A stretch of DNA of 64,000 bases, taken from positions 41,514 through 105,513 of the forward strand of contig JACKFJ010000004.1 of the NCBI GenBank assembly GCA_020632535.1, written 5' to 3'. This document shows positions 39,971 through 49,165 of the stretch, one piece after another (the first letter of the stretch is position 1; every line of letters starts with the position of its first letter). The translations under genes were made by a program, and so were the position numbers. Source of the stretch: Candidatus Omnitrophota bacterium (GTDB taxonomy: Bacteria; Omnitrophota; Gorgyraeia; Zapsychrales; JANLHA01). The notes beneath the pieces were generated by a model. That model worked only from the letters and a program-made list of their open reading frames with translations. It was not told where the DNA came from and did not search any database.

Positions 39971-41227
39971 TTAAAATTTAACGACAATATCACCCTGAAC
40001 AACATGTTCTGTATTATGTGCCTCTTTAATTCTATTGGACATATAATAATCGACACCTAGCGTAACATTTTTCATAAGACCTAAAGTCAAAATGGCTTCA
40101 TGACTTTTGACATCCGTACGTCCGCCAAAGCGATCAGAATCTGGGAAAGTATCAGGAAAAGCATCCTTTCCTAAGTAAACATATTGATACTTCATTTGCC
40201 ATTGTTTGTATGCACTCACTTTTTTGTTACCAAAAACGAACCCAGCGGCCCACCCTTTGTTTTGCTCACTTGGGTCGGGGTTTATGATGTAATCACCGAA
40301 AACTGCAATCCGTTCATCAATACCGTACGGCAATCCACCAAGAATACTATTGGAGCCAAACTCTGCGGATAATGCGAAAGAATCATAATCATATTTTAAC
40401 CCCGCGTCAGCAACATTCCCGACTTGGGTATTGGTGTTAAGTTCATTATCAAGATCATATCCTTTGACGCCATTGAATATGTAATATGTTCCAGCAACTT
40501 TGGCATCAAGTTTTTCAACACTATACTTTGTACCACCCTGAAAATAGATCATATTGGGATCCGGATTTTTGCTAGCACCGTTTTCATCGAACAACCACCA
40601 TCCAGCATTAACAAATCCTTCCATATTATCCGTAATCGAATGATCAAAGTGTGCCGCAAAACCATAAGGATTGATATCAGTATCCCAAAGCATATCCGTT
40701 GTTTGCCACAAGTAATTTGAAAAAAGGAATTTACCACCGACCAGAGTCGCCCATGGTGCCGCAGAATACTCAATCGAAGCATAATCAAGACGAACATCTC
40801 CACGTTCAAATGTGTTCTCCCATGTCGTATTCGTAGATCTTGGATCCGTTGCCCCTGACGAAAGTCCCGCGCCAACTTTAACATCCTTGAGAGGATTAAA
40901 ATCTAAACCCAACCGAAAACGCGTCCTCGCCCGACTACGAGAAGCCGCATCAGCATCTTTCTTCTCATATTGATAGCGAAGACGGATATCACCTTTGAGT
41001 TTCATACTTTGTACCCAAGAAGGGAGAGCATAAGAATTCTTTTCAACAATATCTTTGCTAACCTGTGTTTTAGTTTCTTGCTCAATAATTTTAGCTTCAT
41101 TGGACGTTAAAACACCTTTATCAACAAGTTTTTCAAGTAAAACACTGACCTCTCCCGCGTTTGCTGACATTAAAATGCCAAATGTCAAACACAAAGCTGT
41201 AAACATCGAAACAAAAATCTTTTTCAT
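39971..41227 (-). CDS. Outer-membrane porin, probably phosphate-selective (OprO/P-like context)
   Basis: Signal peptide (MKKIFVSMFTALCLTFGILMSANA), alternating beta-strand-like sequence, and a C-terminal ...IVVKF aromatic terminus. Sits between the Pho box and pstS. Confidence 0.6.
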   Translation of the reverse strand: MKKIFVSMFTALCLTFGILMSANAGEVSVLLEKLVDKGVLTSNEAKIIEQETKTQVSKDIVEKNSYALPSWVQSMKLKGDIRLRYQYEKKDADAASRSRARTRFRLGLDFNPLKDVKVGAGLSSGATDPRSTNTTWENTFERGDVRLDYASIEYSAAPWATLVGGKFLFSNYLWQTTDMLWDTDINPYGFAAHFDHSITDNMEGFVNAGWWLFDENGASKNPDPNMIYFQGGTKYSVEKLDAKVAGTYYIFNGVKGYDLDNELNTNTQVGNVADAGLKYDYDSFALSAEFGSNSILGGLPYGIDERIAVFGDYIINPDPSEQNKGWAAGFVFGNKKVSAYKQWQMKYQYVYLGKDAFPDTFPDSDRFGGRTDVKSHEAILTLGLMKNVTLGVDYYMSNRIKEAHNTEHVVQGDIVVKF

Positions 41228-41359
41228 CTCTTCTCCTTCTTCAATTATAACTATTTAACGAACGACTGATCGACCGCAAACGATTTTCGATCAACCTTAG
41301 AATCTCTTCTTTTCATGTCGTTAATGTAAAACAGAATTTTGAAGATAAAATGGCGGGAA

Positions 41360-41376
41360 TGTGAACAATCTGTGAA
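41360..41376 (-). promoter_or_regulatory. Candidate Pho box: TTCACA-N5-TTCACA direct repeat (11-bp period)
   Basis: Minus strand GTTCACAgattgTTCACAt (plus tgtgaa at 41360..41365 and 41371..41376). It lies about 135-150 nt upstream of the porin ATG and just past the phoR stop. Confidence 0.45.
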
Positions 41377-41385
41377 CTTATAAAA

Positions 41386-43146
41386 TTACGCTTTAGGAAG
41401 AGTAAAATAGAAAACAGAGCCCTTACCCAACTCACTCTCGACGCTAACTTGACCATTGTGAGCTTGGACAATATGCTTAACAATCGAAAGACCCAAACCT
41501 GTCCCACCAATTTCGCGGGAATGAGCCTTATCAACACGATAAAAACGCTCAAAAATACGCGGCAAATCTTCACTCGGAATACCCAAACCCGTATCTGCAA
41601 CACTGACCTCGACACAATCGTCCCGTTCCCGCGCCGAAACCGTTACCCTACCACCCTTATTACTATATTTAATGGCATTCTCTATTAGATTGAAAAGGAT
41701 TTGCGCAACCGCCGAATCATCAGCCTTAACCTGACTAAGTTCCAATGGAATTGCGGAAATAATTGCAATATCGCGCTGCTTAGCTTGAATATTGACTCCT
41801 CCCAAAACCCACTCAAAAACTTTCCTTATATGACACGGCTGCAAATTTAAAGCGGATCGGTCAGATTCATATTTGGCTAATTCCAACAAATCATCAATAA
41901 GTTTAGCTAGACGATCCGACTCAGAATAAATAATCTTCAAAAAATCCTGCGCGTTTGCTTTATCATCAATAGCGCCTTCTAACAACGTCTCAGAATAACC
42001 TTTAATATTAGCAACCGGTGTACGCAATTCGTGCGAAACATTTGCAACAAAATCCCGTCGCACTGTTTCAAGATGACGAAAATCGGTGATGTCATGGAAA
42101 ACTAGAACCACACCATCAATCTTTTTATCACGAATGATCGGTGCCGCATGAACGCGCAAAATCTTTTCTTCCGGAAGCAAAAACGACATTTCCCGCGCTT
42201 GAACATTTTCATGTCGCTTGAGAATCGCATCAACAATATCTTGAACTTCAATATTACGAATAATCTCCAGTGGAATACGCCCAACCGTCTCGTGTTCAAC
42301 ACGAAGAATCTTTCTTAAAGTTTCATTGATTAATAAAATCTTTCCATCGCTATCAACAACCATAACGCCTTCGATCATGCTTAAGAAAACCGCCTCTAAC
42401 CGACTTCTGCTTGCTGTCACTTCCGCGATATGCCCACGAATTTCCTCCGACATAAAATTAATAGCCTTCGCCAGATCCGCAATTTCATCGTTTTGTGTCA
42501 AAGTCGCTTTTTTAGAAAAGTCTCCGGCAGCGATTGCTTGAGCAATCGCTGAAATCCGCGCAATTGGTCGCGTAATCATAAGCGAAGCAAAATGACCGAC
42601 GAAAACCGCCGAAAGAAAGAACAAAACCAAAGCAAACCATAAAAGTTTTTGTAAATGTTTTGAAATGACTGTGATTTCCGCCAAAGGAACTGAAATACGG
42701 ACAATACTCGGAGGTTTCATTGAACCAAAAGGGACCGCAACATACAACATCTCTTCTTTCATTGAACTGCTAAATCTTCGATTTTCTCCTTGCCCATTTT
42801 TAAGAGCATCTTCAATTTCCGGGCGGGTCAGGTGATTTTCAAGAGTACGCAATTTTTCACCATCAAACATCGAATCACCCAAAACCACACCCGTCGAAGA
42901 TATAATCGTAACACGATCAAGAATACGATTTCCCAAATCATCCGCGATCCGATCAAAATCCACAGAACCGGATATTTGTTCAAGATAAACTTTGACCAAA
43001 GTAAGCTCTTGAATCAAATCTGTACGAATCCGATTATACGTATAAGTCTTAAGAGTATTATCGAGGTAAAAATAAAGACCAACCAAAATCACGGCCACGA
43101 CTGTGCCGAGGGCAAGAGTAATTTTCTGATGGCTTTTTAACTGCAC
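41386..43146 (-). CDS. phoR: Phosphate regulon sensor histidine kinase PhoR-like
   Basis: TM - extracytoplasmic segment - TM - HAMP - PAS - HisKA (SHELRTP) - HATPase (DTGLGI, GGTGLGL). GTG start follows the phoB stop directly. Confidence 0.8.
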   Translation of the reverse strand: MQLKSHQKITLALGTVVAVILVGLYFYLDNTLKTYTYNRIRTDLIQELTLVKVYLEQISGSVDFDRIADDLGNRILDRVTIISSTGVVLGDSMFDGEKLRTLENHLTRPEIEDALKNGQGENRRFSSSMKEEMLYVAVPFGSMKPPSIVRISVPLAEITVISKHLQKLLWFALVLFFLSAVFVGHFASLMITRPIARISAIAQAIAAGDFSKKATLTQNDEIADLAKAINFMSEEIRGHIAEVTASRSRLEAVFLSMIEGVMVVDSDGKILLINETLRKILRVEHETVGRIPLEIIRNIEVQDIVDAILKRHENVQAREMSFLLPEEKILRVHAAPIIRDKKIDGVVLVFHDITDFRHLETVRRDFVANVSHELRTPVANIKGYSETLLEGAIDDKANAQDFLKIIYSESDRLAKLIDDLLELAKYESDRSALNLQPCHIRKVFEWVLGGVNIQAKQRDIAIISAIPLELSQVKADDSAVAQILFNLIENAIKYSNKGGRVTVSARERDDCVEVSVADTGLGIPSEDLPRIFERFYRVDKAHSREIGGTGLGLSIVKHIVQAHNGQVSVESELGKGSVFYFTLPKA

Positions 43147-43839
43147 CTATTCCTCATCATCGCTCAAACGATACCCCAAGCCGCGTATCGTTTCAATCAC
43201 ATTACCAGCTTTCCCTAATTTTTGCCGCAAGCGCTTAACGTGTGTGTCAACAGTGCGCGTTGTGACATCCGCTTCAATATTCCAAACATCACTTAAAAGC
43301 TGTTCACGTGACTGTACTCGGCCACGACGTTCAACAAGAATGATCAATAATTTAAATTCCATCGGCGTGACAATAATTTCTTTGCCTTTGACGCTAATAC
43401 GATGCCGTGGAATATCAATCGTAATATCACCATAACTCAAATTTTCCTTCGGCTTTTGTCTCGCTTGTCCACGACGCAAAATCGTCTTAGCACGTAAAAC
43501 CAACTCCCGCGGGCTAAACGGTTTGACGACATAATCATCCGCACCCAATTCAAACCCAACGACGCGGTCAACTTCTTCACCCCGTGCCGTCAAAATCATA
43601 ACAGGAATCGACGACAATCGTGTGGTATCCTTAAGCCGGCGACATGTTTCAAATCCATCCATTTTAGGCAGCATCAAATCAAGAATAATAAGATCAACCA
43701 TGTGACGAGACAAATGATCCAAAGCATCTTCGCCTGTGATCGTCACAAAAACACGATAACCTGCTTTTTCAAAGTTATAACGAACCAGCTTCGCTATATT
43801 CTGGTCATCTTCAACAATAAGAATTGATTCTTGTGCCAT
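43147..43839 (-). CDS. phoB: OmpR-family response regulator PhoB-like
   Basis: Receiver (ILIVEDD, LIILDLMLP, KPF) plus a winged-helix output domain (RTVDTHVKRLRQKL, RGLGYRL). Confidence 0.85.
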   Translation of the reverse strand: MAQESILIVEDDQNIAKLVRYNFEKAGYRVFVTITGEDALDHLSRHMVDLIILDLMLPKMDGFETCRRLKDTTRLSSIPVMILTARGEEVDRVVGFELGADDYVVKPFSPRELVLRAKTILRRGQARQKPKENLSYGDITIDIPRHRISVKGKEIIVTPMEFKLLIILVERRGRVQSREQLLSDVWNIEADVTTRTVDTHVKRLRQKLGKAGNVIETIRGLGYRLSDDEE

Positions 43840-43845
43840 AAAATA

Positions 43846-44622
43846 TTATTTAAAAATTTCCTGAAAGAAATCTTTCATCGCAATCCATGAACGCTTATCT
43901 GCGCGTTCATTATAAGCAACACCTTTACTATTATCATTGCCCGCAGCTGGATTAGTAAACGAATGTACCGCCCCACTGTATTTTACAAACTGCCAATCCA
44001 CTCCCCCATTGTTCATTTCATTTTCAAACGCCTTAACTTCCTCCTGCGAAACGTGCGGATCATCAGCGCCATGCAAAGCCAAAACTTTGGCTTTAATATT
44101 TTTCGCGTCCATCGGTGTTGGCGTATTCAAACCCCCATGAAAACTCACAACACCTTTGATTGGCGCGCCACTTCTCGCCAATTCCAAAGCCGTCGTGCCG
44201 CCAAAGCAAAATCCAATTACGGCTACCTTACTTTCATCAACCGTATCTTCATTCTTGAGTGCTTCATATCCCGCAAGAATCCGCTTACGTAACAAAGCTC
44301 GATCACCCTTATACATTCCAGAGAGCTTACCAGCCTCACCGGCATCCTTGGGGCGAATACCTTTACCATAAATATCTACCGCCAATGCCGTATAACCTAA
44401 TTTTGCCAAATCATCCGCCTTATGATTCGCAAAAGGCCCAAAGCCCATCCAATCATGCACGACGAGAATACCGGGACGTTTACCGGCAATCGCATCATCA
44501 AAAGCAATATACCCTTGCAAAACCGTTTCACCTTCCTGATATTCAAAAACTCTAGTTTGTACCGCAGCCTGCGCTGAATTAGACAAAAATAAAAATAAAA
44601 ACAGCACAATCATTTTCTTCAT
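43846..44622 (-). CDS. Secreted dienelactone hydrolase family protein
   Basis: Signal peptide (LFLSNSAQA/AV), nucleophile elbow GFCFGG, and a C-terminal HSF motif typical of the DLH fold. Confidence 0.75.
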   Translation of the reverse strand: MKKMIVLFLFLFLSNSAQAAVQTRVFEYQEGETVLQGYIAFDDAIAGKRPGILVVHDWMGFGPFANHKADDLAKLGYTALAVDIYGKGIRPKDAGEAGKLSGMYKGDRALLRKRILAGYEALKNEDTVDESKVAVIGFCFGGTTALELARSGAPIKGVVSFHGGLNTPTPMDAKNIKAKVLALHGADDPHVSQEEVKAFENEMNNGGVDWQFVKYSGAVHSFTNPAAGNDNSKGVAYNERADKRSWIAMKDFFQEIFK

Positions 44623-44701
44623 TGGAAACCTCCTTCATAAAAATTAATACAATTTTGTGAAATAAAAGTGTCAATTACGTAACGATGGAGATAATTTTCG
44701 C

Positions 44702-45652
44702 TTAAGCGAACAAAGGTGTGCCGAGATCATTAATGTGTAATAAAGATTTTTCTTCACCCAATCGTGTTGCAATATAACGATATATTTCTTTTGGAATATT
44801 TATGCCAAGGCACTGCTCCAAACCACGAAAGCCAGGCGAAGAATTTGCTTCACAAATCTTAAATCCGCGGTCGTCAAATAAAAGATCCACCCCCGCAATT
44901 TCCAAATCCAAGACCTGCGCCGCCTTGACAGCAAGCTGTTGAATAAGAGGCGTCACAGGATAAGCTTCCACAGTTCCTCCTCGAGAATAATTAGCTTTAA
45001 ACGACCCCGGACTCGCTATCCTTTTCATGCATCCTACAACACTCTTACCAATAACAAAAACACGCAAATCACGCCCGACACTTGTCCCAATAAATTCCTG
45101 AATCACAAAATTCGGATTGCCCTGACTCGTGGTAATCATCGCGATCAAATCTTCAAATTTATGACGAGTCTCACACAAAAAAACACCACGACCCTGCGAC
45201 CCAGCCAAAGTTTTAACAATAACCGGAAAACATAATTCACGTTCCACAAGGTCGACATCAATGGGATATTTCGCCAGCATTGATTTTGCGATTGGTAAAT
45301 TGTTTTGTGCTAAAACCTGCAAGGTATGCAACTTGTCACGAACCAAAGCAATGCTCTGACTGCGATTGGGGACATACACACCCGCATTTTCCATTTGGCG
45401 CATAATCGCCAAAGCAAAGTACGTCGTCGCTGACCCCATTCTGTTTAAAAGAAAATCTGGACGAAGAACTTCCTGTCCATTGAGAAGAAAACGATGACGA
45501 CCATCATTTTCAACAACGATATCAAGTTCACCGGGAGAAACAATACGAACCGTGATATTTTCCTGTTGGGCTTCCGCCAAAAGCCTGTGAATCCCGTGAG
45601 AGTCCGGCCGTAAAGCATGTTGCGAAAAACGATTAAGAATCCATCCTTGCAT
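44702..45652 (-). CDS. RimK-type ATP-grasp ligase (alpha-L-glutamate ligase family)
   Basis: 316 aa with ATP-grasp blocks PVIVKTLAGSQGRGVFL, IQEFI, RVFVIG and GVDLL...KICEANSSPG. Confidence 0.75.
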   Translation of the reverse strand: MQGWILNRFSQHALRPDSHGIHRLLAEAQQENITVRIVSPGELDIVVENDGRHRFLLNGQEVLRPDFLLNRMGSATTYFALAIMRQMENAGVYVPNRSQSIALVRDKLHTLQVLAQNNLPIAKSMLAKYPIDVDLVERELCFPVIVKTLAGSQGRGVFLCETRHKFEDLIAMITTSQGNPNFVIQEFIGTSVGRDLRVFVIGKSVVGCMKRIASPGSFKANYSRGGTVEAYPVTPLIQQLAVKAAQVLDLEIAGVDLLFDDRGFKICEANSSPGFRGLEQCLGINIPKEIYRYIATRLGEEKSLLHINDLGTPLFA

Positions 45653-45660
45653 TTTTAATT

Positions 45661-46062
45661 TTAATCATCTTCCGAAGCTGTGTCTAAAGGATCTTCTTCG
45701 ATCGCTTCCTGACGAATAATTTTGGCAATTTTCTTACCATCTTGCTCTAAATAATAGACTTCAACAACGTCCTGAGCCACTAAATTCAAAATCGTCGCAA
45801 AACCATCAAACTTAACCGCCGGATCGACCTGATAAATCACTTCCTTTTCGACATCAGAATCATAATCATATTCTTGCAAAACAATCTCTGTGGGGCTAAC
45901 TTTAAGAACCGTTCCATAAGAATAAATAAATTGGCTTAATTCAACTTCGGATAAAACATCGGAAGACTGTGTAACTGGGGAATTGCTTGCAGGCGCGGCA
46001 ATAGTTGCGGGGACAAAACTCAATATTAAAAACATACTTACGAACACACTTGCAATTTTCAT
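45661..46062 (-). CDS. Small secreted hypothetical protein with acidic C-terminus
   Basis: Signal peptide (MKIASVFVSMFLILSFVPATIAAPA); C-terminus EAIEEDPLDTASEDD. Ends 8 nt before the ATP-grasp gene. Confidence 0.45.
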   Translation of the reverse strand: MKIASVFVSMFLILSFVPATIAAPASNSPVTQSSDVLSEVELSQFIYSYGTVLKVSPTEIVLQEYDYDSDVEKEVIYQVDPAVKFDGFATILNLVAQDVVEVYYLEQDGKKIAKIIRQEAIEEDPLDTASEDD

Positions 46063-46177
46063 ACAATCTCCTTTGATGGTACTTTCACATCGATATTCAT
46101 CTTATATCATTTTGCCCCGATGTTGAAAAGCAATATTTTAAAGCTACAAAATTCATAAAATAAGGTATAATTTTTTC

Positions 46178-47140
46178 ATGAAACAAAAATTTCTTATCGG
46201 TATTGATGTCGGCGGCACCAAAATCGCGGCCGCGGCTATTCTCCCAAATGGAAAAATCCTTTCACGCGCAAAAACATCCACGCCGCCAAAATCCAAACCG
46301 ACGGCTATTCTTAAAGTTATTTTTGAAATCATTGAACAAGTACTTCGCGAAGAGCAATTGTCACGCAAGAATATCCGTGCCATCGGTATAGGAATTCCCG
46401 GCATTGTAAATAAACACAATCACATTCTTGCGACGCCAAATATCAATTTGGCCAACTTTCCTCTCTGCGCAAAGATCAACAAAAAATATCGAGTCAAAGT
46501 TACAGCAGGCAACGATGTTAACTTAGGATTATTAGGCGAACATTGGTTAGGCGTCGGCAAAAAATCACAAAACATTGTTGGTGTTTTTCCCGGCACCGGT
46601 GTGGGTGGAGCGATTATTATCGACGGAAAGATATTGATCGGAACACAGGGCGCAGCTGCGGAATTAGGCCACATGAGTATGCAACAAGACGGCCCCCTAT
46701 GCAGTTGTGGAAATTTTGGCTGTCTGGAAGCTTACACCGGACGCTGGGCAATTGAACGCGATATCCGCCAACATATTAAGCAAGGCCGAAAAACAATTCT
46801 CACCACATTAACCGATGGGAAATTGTCTCCCATCAAAAGTCGCTTTCTCAAAGCCGGACTCAAAGCAAAAGATCCTCTAACTGTTGAAATCATGACCAAA
46901 ACCGCGCGCACGCTCGGGCAAGCTTGCATTAATCTCCGTCATATTTTAAATCCAGAACTGATCATCTTAGGTGGCGGGGTCATCGAAGCTTGCGATGAAT
47001 TTCTTATGCCCATCATCAATAAAACCTTTCATGCCGACCCCTTCTTTGCCAAAATCGATAAATGCAAAATCGTCGCTTCAACATTAGGCGACGATGCGGT
47101 TATCCTCGGGGCTGCGGCACTCGCAAAAAACTCAAAATAA
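46178..47140 (+). CDS. ROK-family sugar kinase (glucokinase-like)
   Basis: IGIDVGGTKIAAA ATP-binding N-terminus and ROK Zn motif CSCGNFGCLEAY. Confidence 0.8.
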   Translation: MKQKFLIGIDVGGTKIAAAAILPNGKILSRAKTSTPPKSKPTAILKVIFEIIEQVLREEQLSRKNIRAIGIGIPGIVNKHNHILATPNINLANFPLCAKINKKYRVKVTAGNDVNLGLLGEHWLGVGKKSQNIVGVFPGTGVGGAIIIDGKILIGTQGAAAELGHMSMQQDGPLCSCGNFGCLEAYTGRWAIERDIRQHIKQGRKTILTTLTDGKLSPIKSRFLKAGLKAKDPLTVEIMTKTARTLGQACINLRHILNPELIILGGGVIEACDEFLMPIINKTFHADPFFAKIDKCKIVASTLGDDAVILGAAALAKNSK

Positions 47141-49165
47141 TTTACCGTAATAGCTAATCATGCGTTCCTGAAAATTAAATTTATCCTCGCTGTCCTTCTG
47201 CCGAACATACTTTCTATCTACTGTAAGAAACCGTGATTTGAGATTATCTTTCCAGCACATATCGTGAATATATTGTAGATGATCCCGCATATCGTCCTTA
47301 TAAATCTCAAACAATAATTCAATACGGCTATCAAAATTGCGACTCATCCAATCTGCCGAGGACATAAACACGCGCGGACTACCATTATTATTAAATATCA
47401 TAATACGCGTATGCTCAAGAAATCGGCCAACAATACTCTTGACCTCAATATTCTCACTTAACCCCACTACACCCGGAATTAAACAACAAATTCCACGAAT
47501 CACAAGCTTGATTTTCACACCAGCATTTGACGCTTCATAAAGTTTTTCGATAATCGTCACATCTTCAAGAGAATTCATTTTGATACGAATAAAACCATTC
47601 TTAAAACGTTTCTGATTCTCAATTTCACGATCGATAAGATCAAGAAAATATTTACGCATGTCATACGGTGACGACACAATGCGCTTCCACGGACTCGGCA
47701 AAGAATAACCCGTAATAACATTAAAAACATCTGAGATGTCGCGCGCAAAGTCATCATTAGCCGTGAAATAACCAATGTCGGTATAAACACGAGCTGTTTT
47801 TTCATTATAATTTCCCGTCGACAAATGCACATATCGACGAATACGTTCCTCTTCCTTGCGCACAATCAAAGTCATTTTTGAATGAATCTTAATATTGGCA
47901 ATACCATAAATCACATGACAGCCGGCGTCTTCCAATTCTTTGGCCCATTGAATATTCTTCTCTTCGTCAAAACGCGCTTTAATCTCAACGAGAACAGTCA
48001 CCTGCTTTTTATTTTCAGCGGCTTCAATCAAAGCTTTAACAATCGCGGAATCTTCATTCGTGCGATACAAAGTCATTTTAATAGCCAAAACATTGGGGTC
48101 CTGTGCCGCGGTCTTAATCAAATCAATCGTCGGGTAAAATGACTGGAATGGCAAATGTACCAAAAAATCACCCTGACTGATTCGCTCAAAAATATTTTCA
48201 TATTCAATCTTTGCCGGTTTATATTCCCGATAAGAAAGGACAGGATTATCAGCCCAACGAATCAATTCAAAAAGGCATGTTAAATCAAGCGTACTTCCGA
48301 TACTGACAACTTCCTCCTTTGGAAAATCCAATCCTTGGCAAAGAATATCAAGAAATTCCGACGCGCAGGACTTTTCGATTTCAAGATGAACAACTTTAGC
48401 CCGCATCCGATTTTTGACTTCTTCTTCTATGGCAACCAAAAGATCATCAGTGAATTCTTCCGCCACATACAATTCACTATCACGCATAACGCGAAACAAA
48501 GTATGTTCCTGCAACTTATATCCACGGAAGAAATTTTTTAGATTAAATCGCAAAATTTCTTCGATCAGAATAAAATTTGCTTCCCCTGATTCCGACGGTA
48601 AACGCATAAAGCGCGGAACATTTTTAGGAATTGGAATAATCGCTAAATGTGGCTTGCCTTCTCGCAGCACATTGACGGCAAAAGCGATTGTTTTCGAAGG
48701 CAAAATTGGGAAAGGATGCCCCTGATCCACAGCCATTGGAGTAATAATAGGAAACAAAGTCGATTCAAAATATTTTCGTACTTCCTTCTCTGACTCCGGC
48801 GTCAAATTCTCATAGCTCTTAAAATGAATTTTATTCTTCTCAAGATCCTTTTTGACCTTATTCTGATAAATTTCATAAAATTTCTTAGTCACCACATCCG
48901 CCTGTTTCTTAACCTCAGCAAAAATTTCTTCCGGAAAATATCCAAACTTATCCTTATGATTATATCCTGAATCAATCAAGCGCTTAAGCCCCGCCAAGCG
49001 CACCATATAAAACTCATCGAGATTGCTAGTAAAAATCGCAAGAAACTTGACGCGTTCCAAAAGTGGATTACTCGTGTCCGCAGCCTCTTCTAACACACGT
49101 TCATTAAACATAAGCCAGCTCAAATCACGAGCAATAAATTTTTCTTTAAGATCCAGCGGTGTCAT
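47132..49165 (-). CDS. ppk: Polyphosphate kinase 1
   Basis: 677 aa. The N-terminus RDLSWLMFNERVLEEA matches E. coli PPK (KELSWLSFNERVLQEA). Two PLD-like C-terminal domains. Confidence 0.95.
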   Translation of the reverse strand: MTPLDLKEKFIARDLSWLMFNERVLEEAADTSNPLLERVKFLAIFTSNLDEFYMVRLAGLKRLIDSGYNHKDKFGYFPEEIFAEVKKQADVVTKKFYEIYQNKVKKDLEKNKIHFKSYENLTPESEKEVRKYFESTLFPIITPMAVDQGHPFPILPSKTIAFAVNVLREGKPHLAIIPIPKNVPRFMRLPSESGEANFILIEEILRFNLKNFFRGYKLQEHTLFRVMRDSELYVAEEFTDDLLVAIEEEVKNRMRAKVVHLEIEKSCASEFLDILCQGLDFPKEEVVSIGSTLDLTCLFELIRWADNPVLSYREYKPAKIEYENIFERISQGDFLVHLPFQSFYPTIDLIKTAAQDPNVLAIKMTLYRTNEDSAIVKALIEAAENKKQVTVLVEIKARFDEEKNIQWAKELEDAGCHVIYGIANIKIHSKMTLIVRKEEERIRRYVHLSTGNYNEKTARVYTDIGYFTANDDFARDISDVFNVITGYSLPSPWKRIVSSPYDMRKYFLDLIDREIENQKRFKNGFIRIKMNSLEDVTIIEKLYEASNAGVKIKLVIRGICCLIPGVVGLSENIEVKSIVGRFLEHTRIMIFNNNGSPRVFMSSADWMSRNFDSRIELLFEIYKDDMRDHLQYIHDMCWKDNLKSRFLTVDRKYVRQKDSEDKFNFQERMISYYGKLF

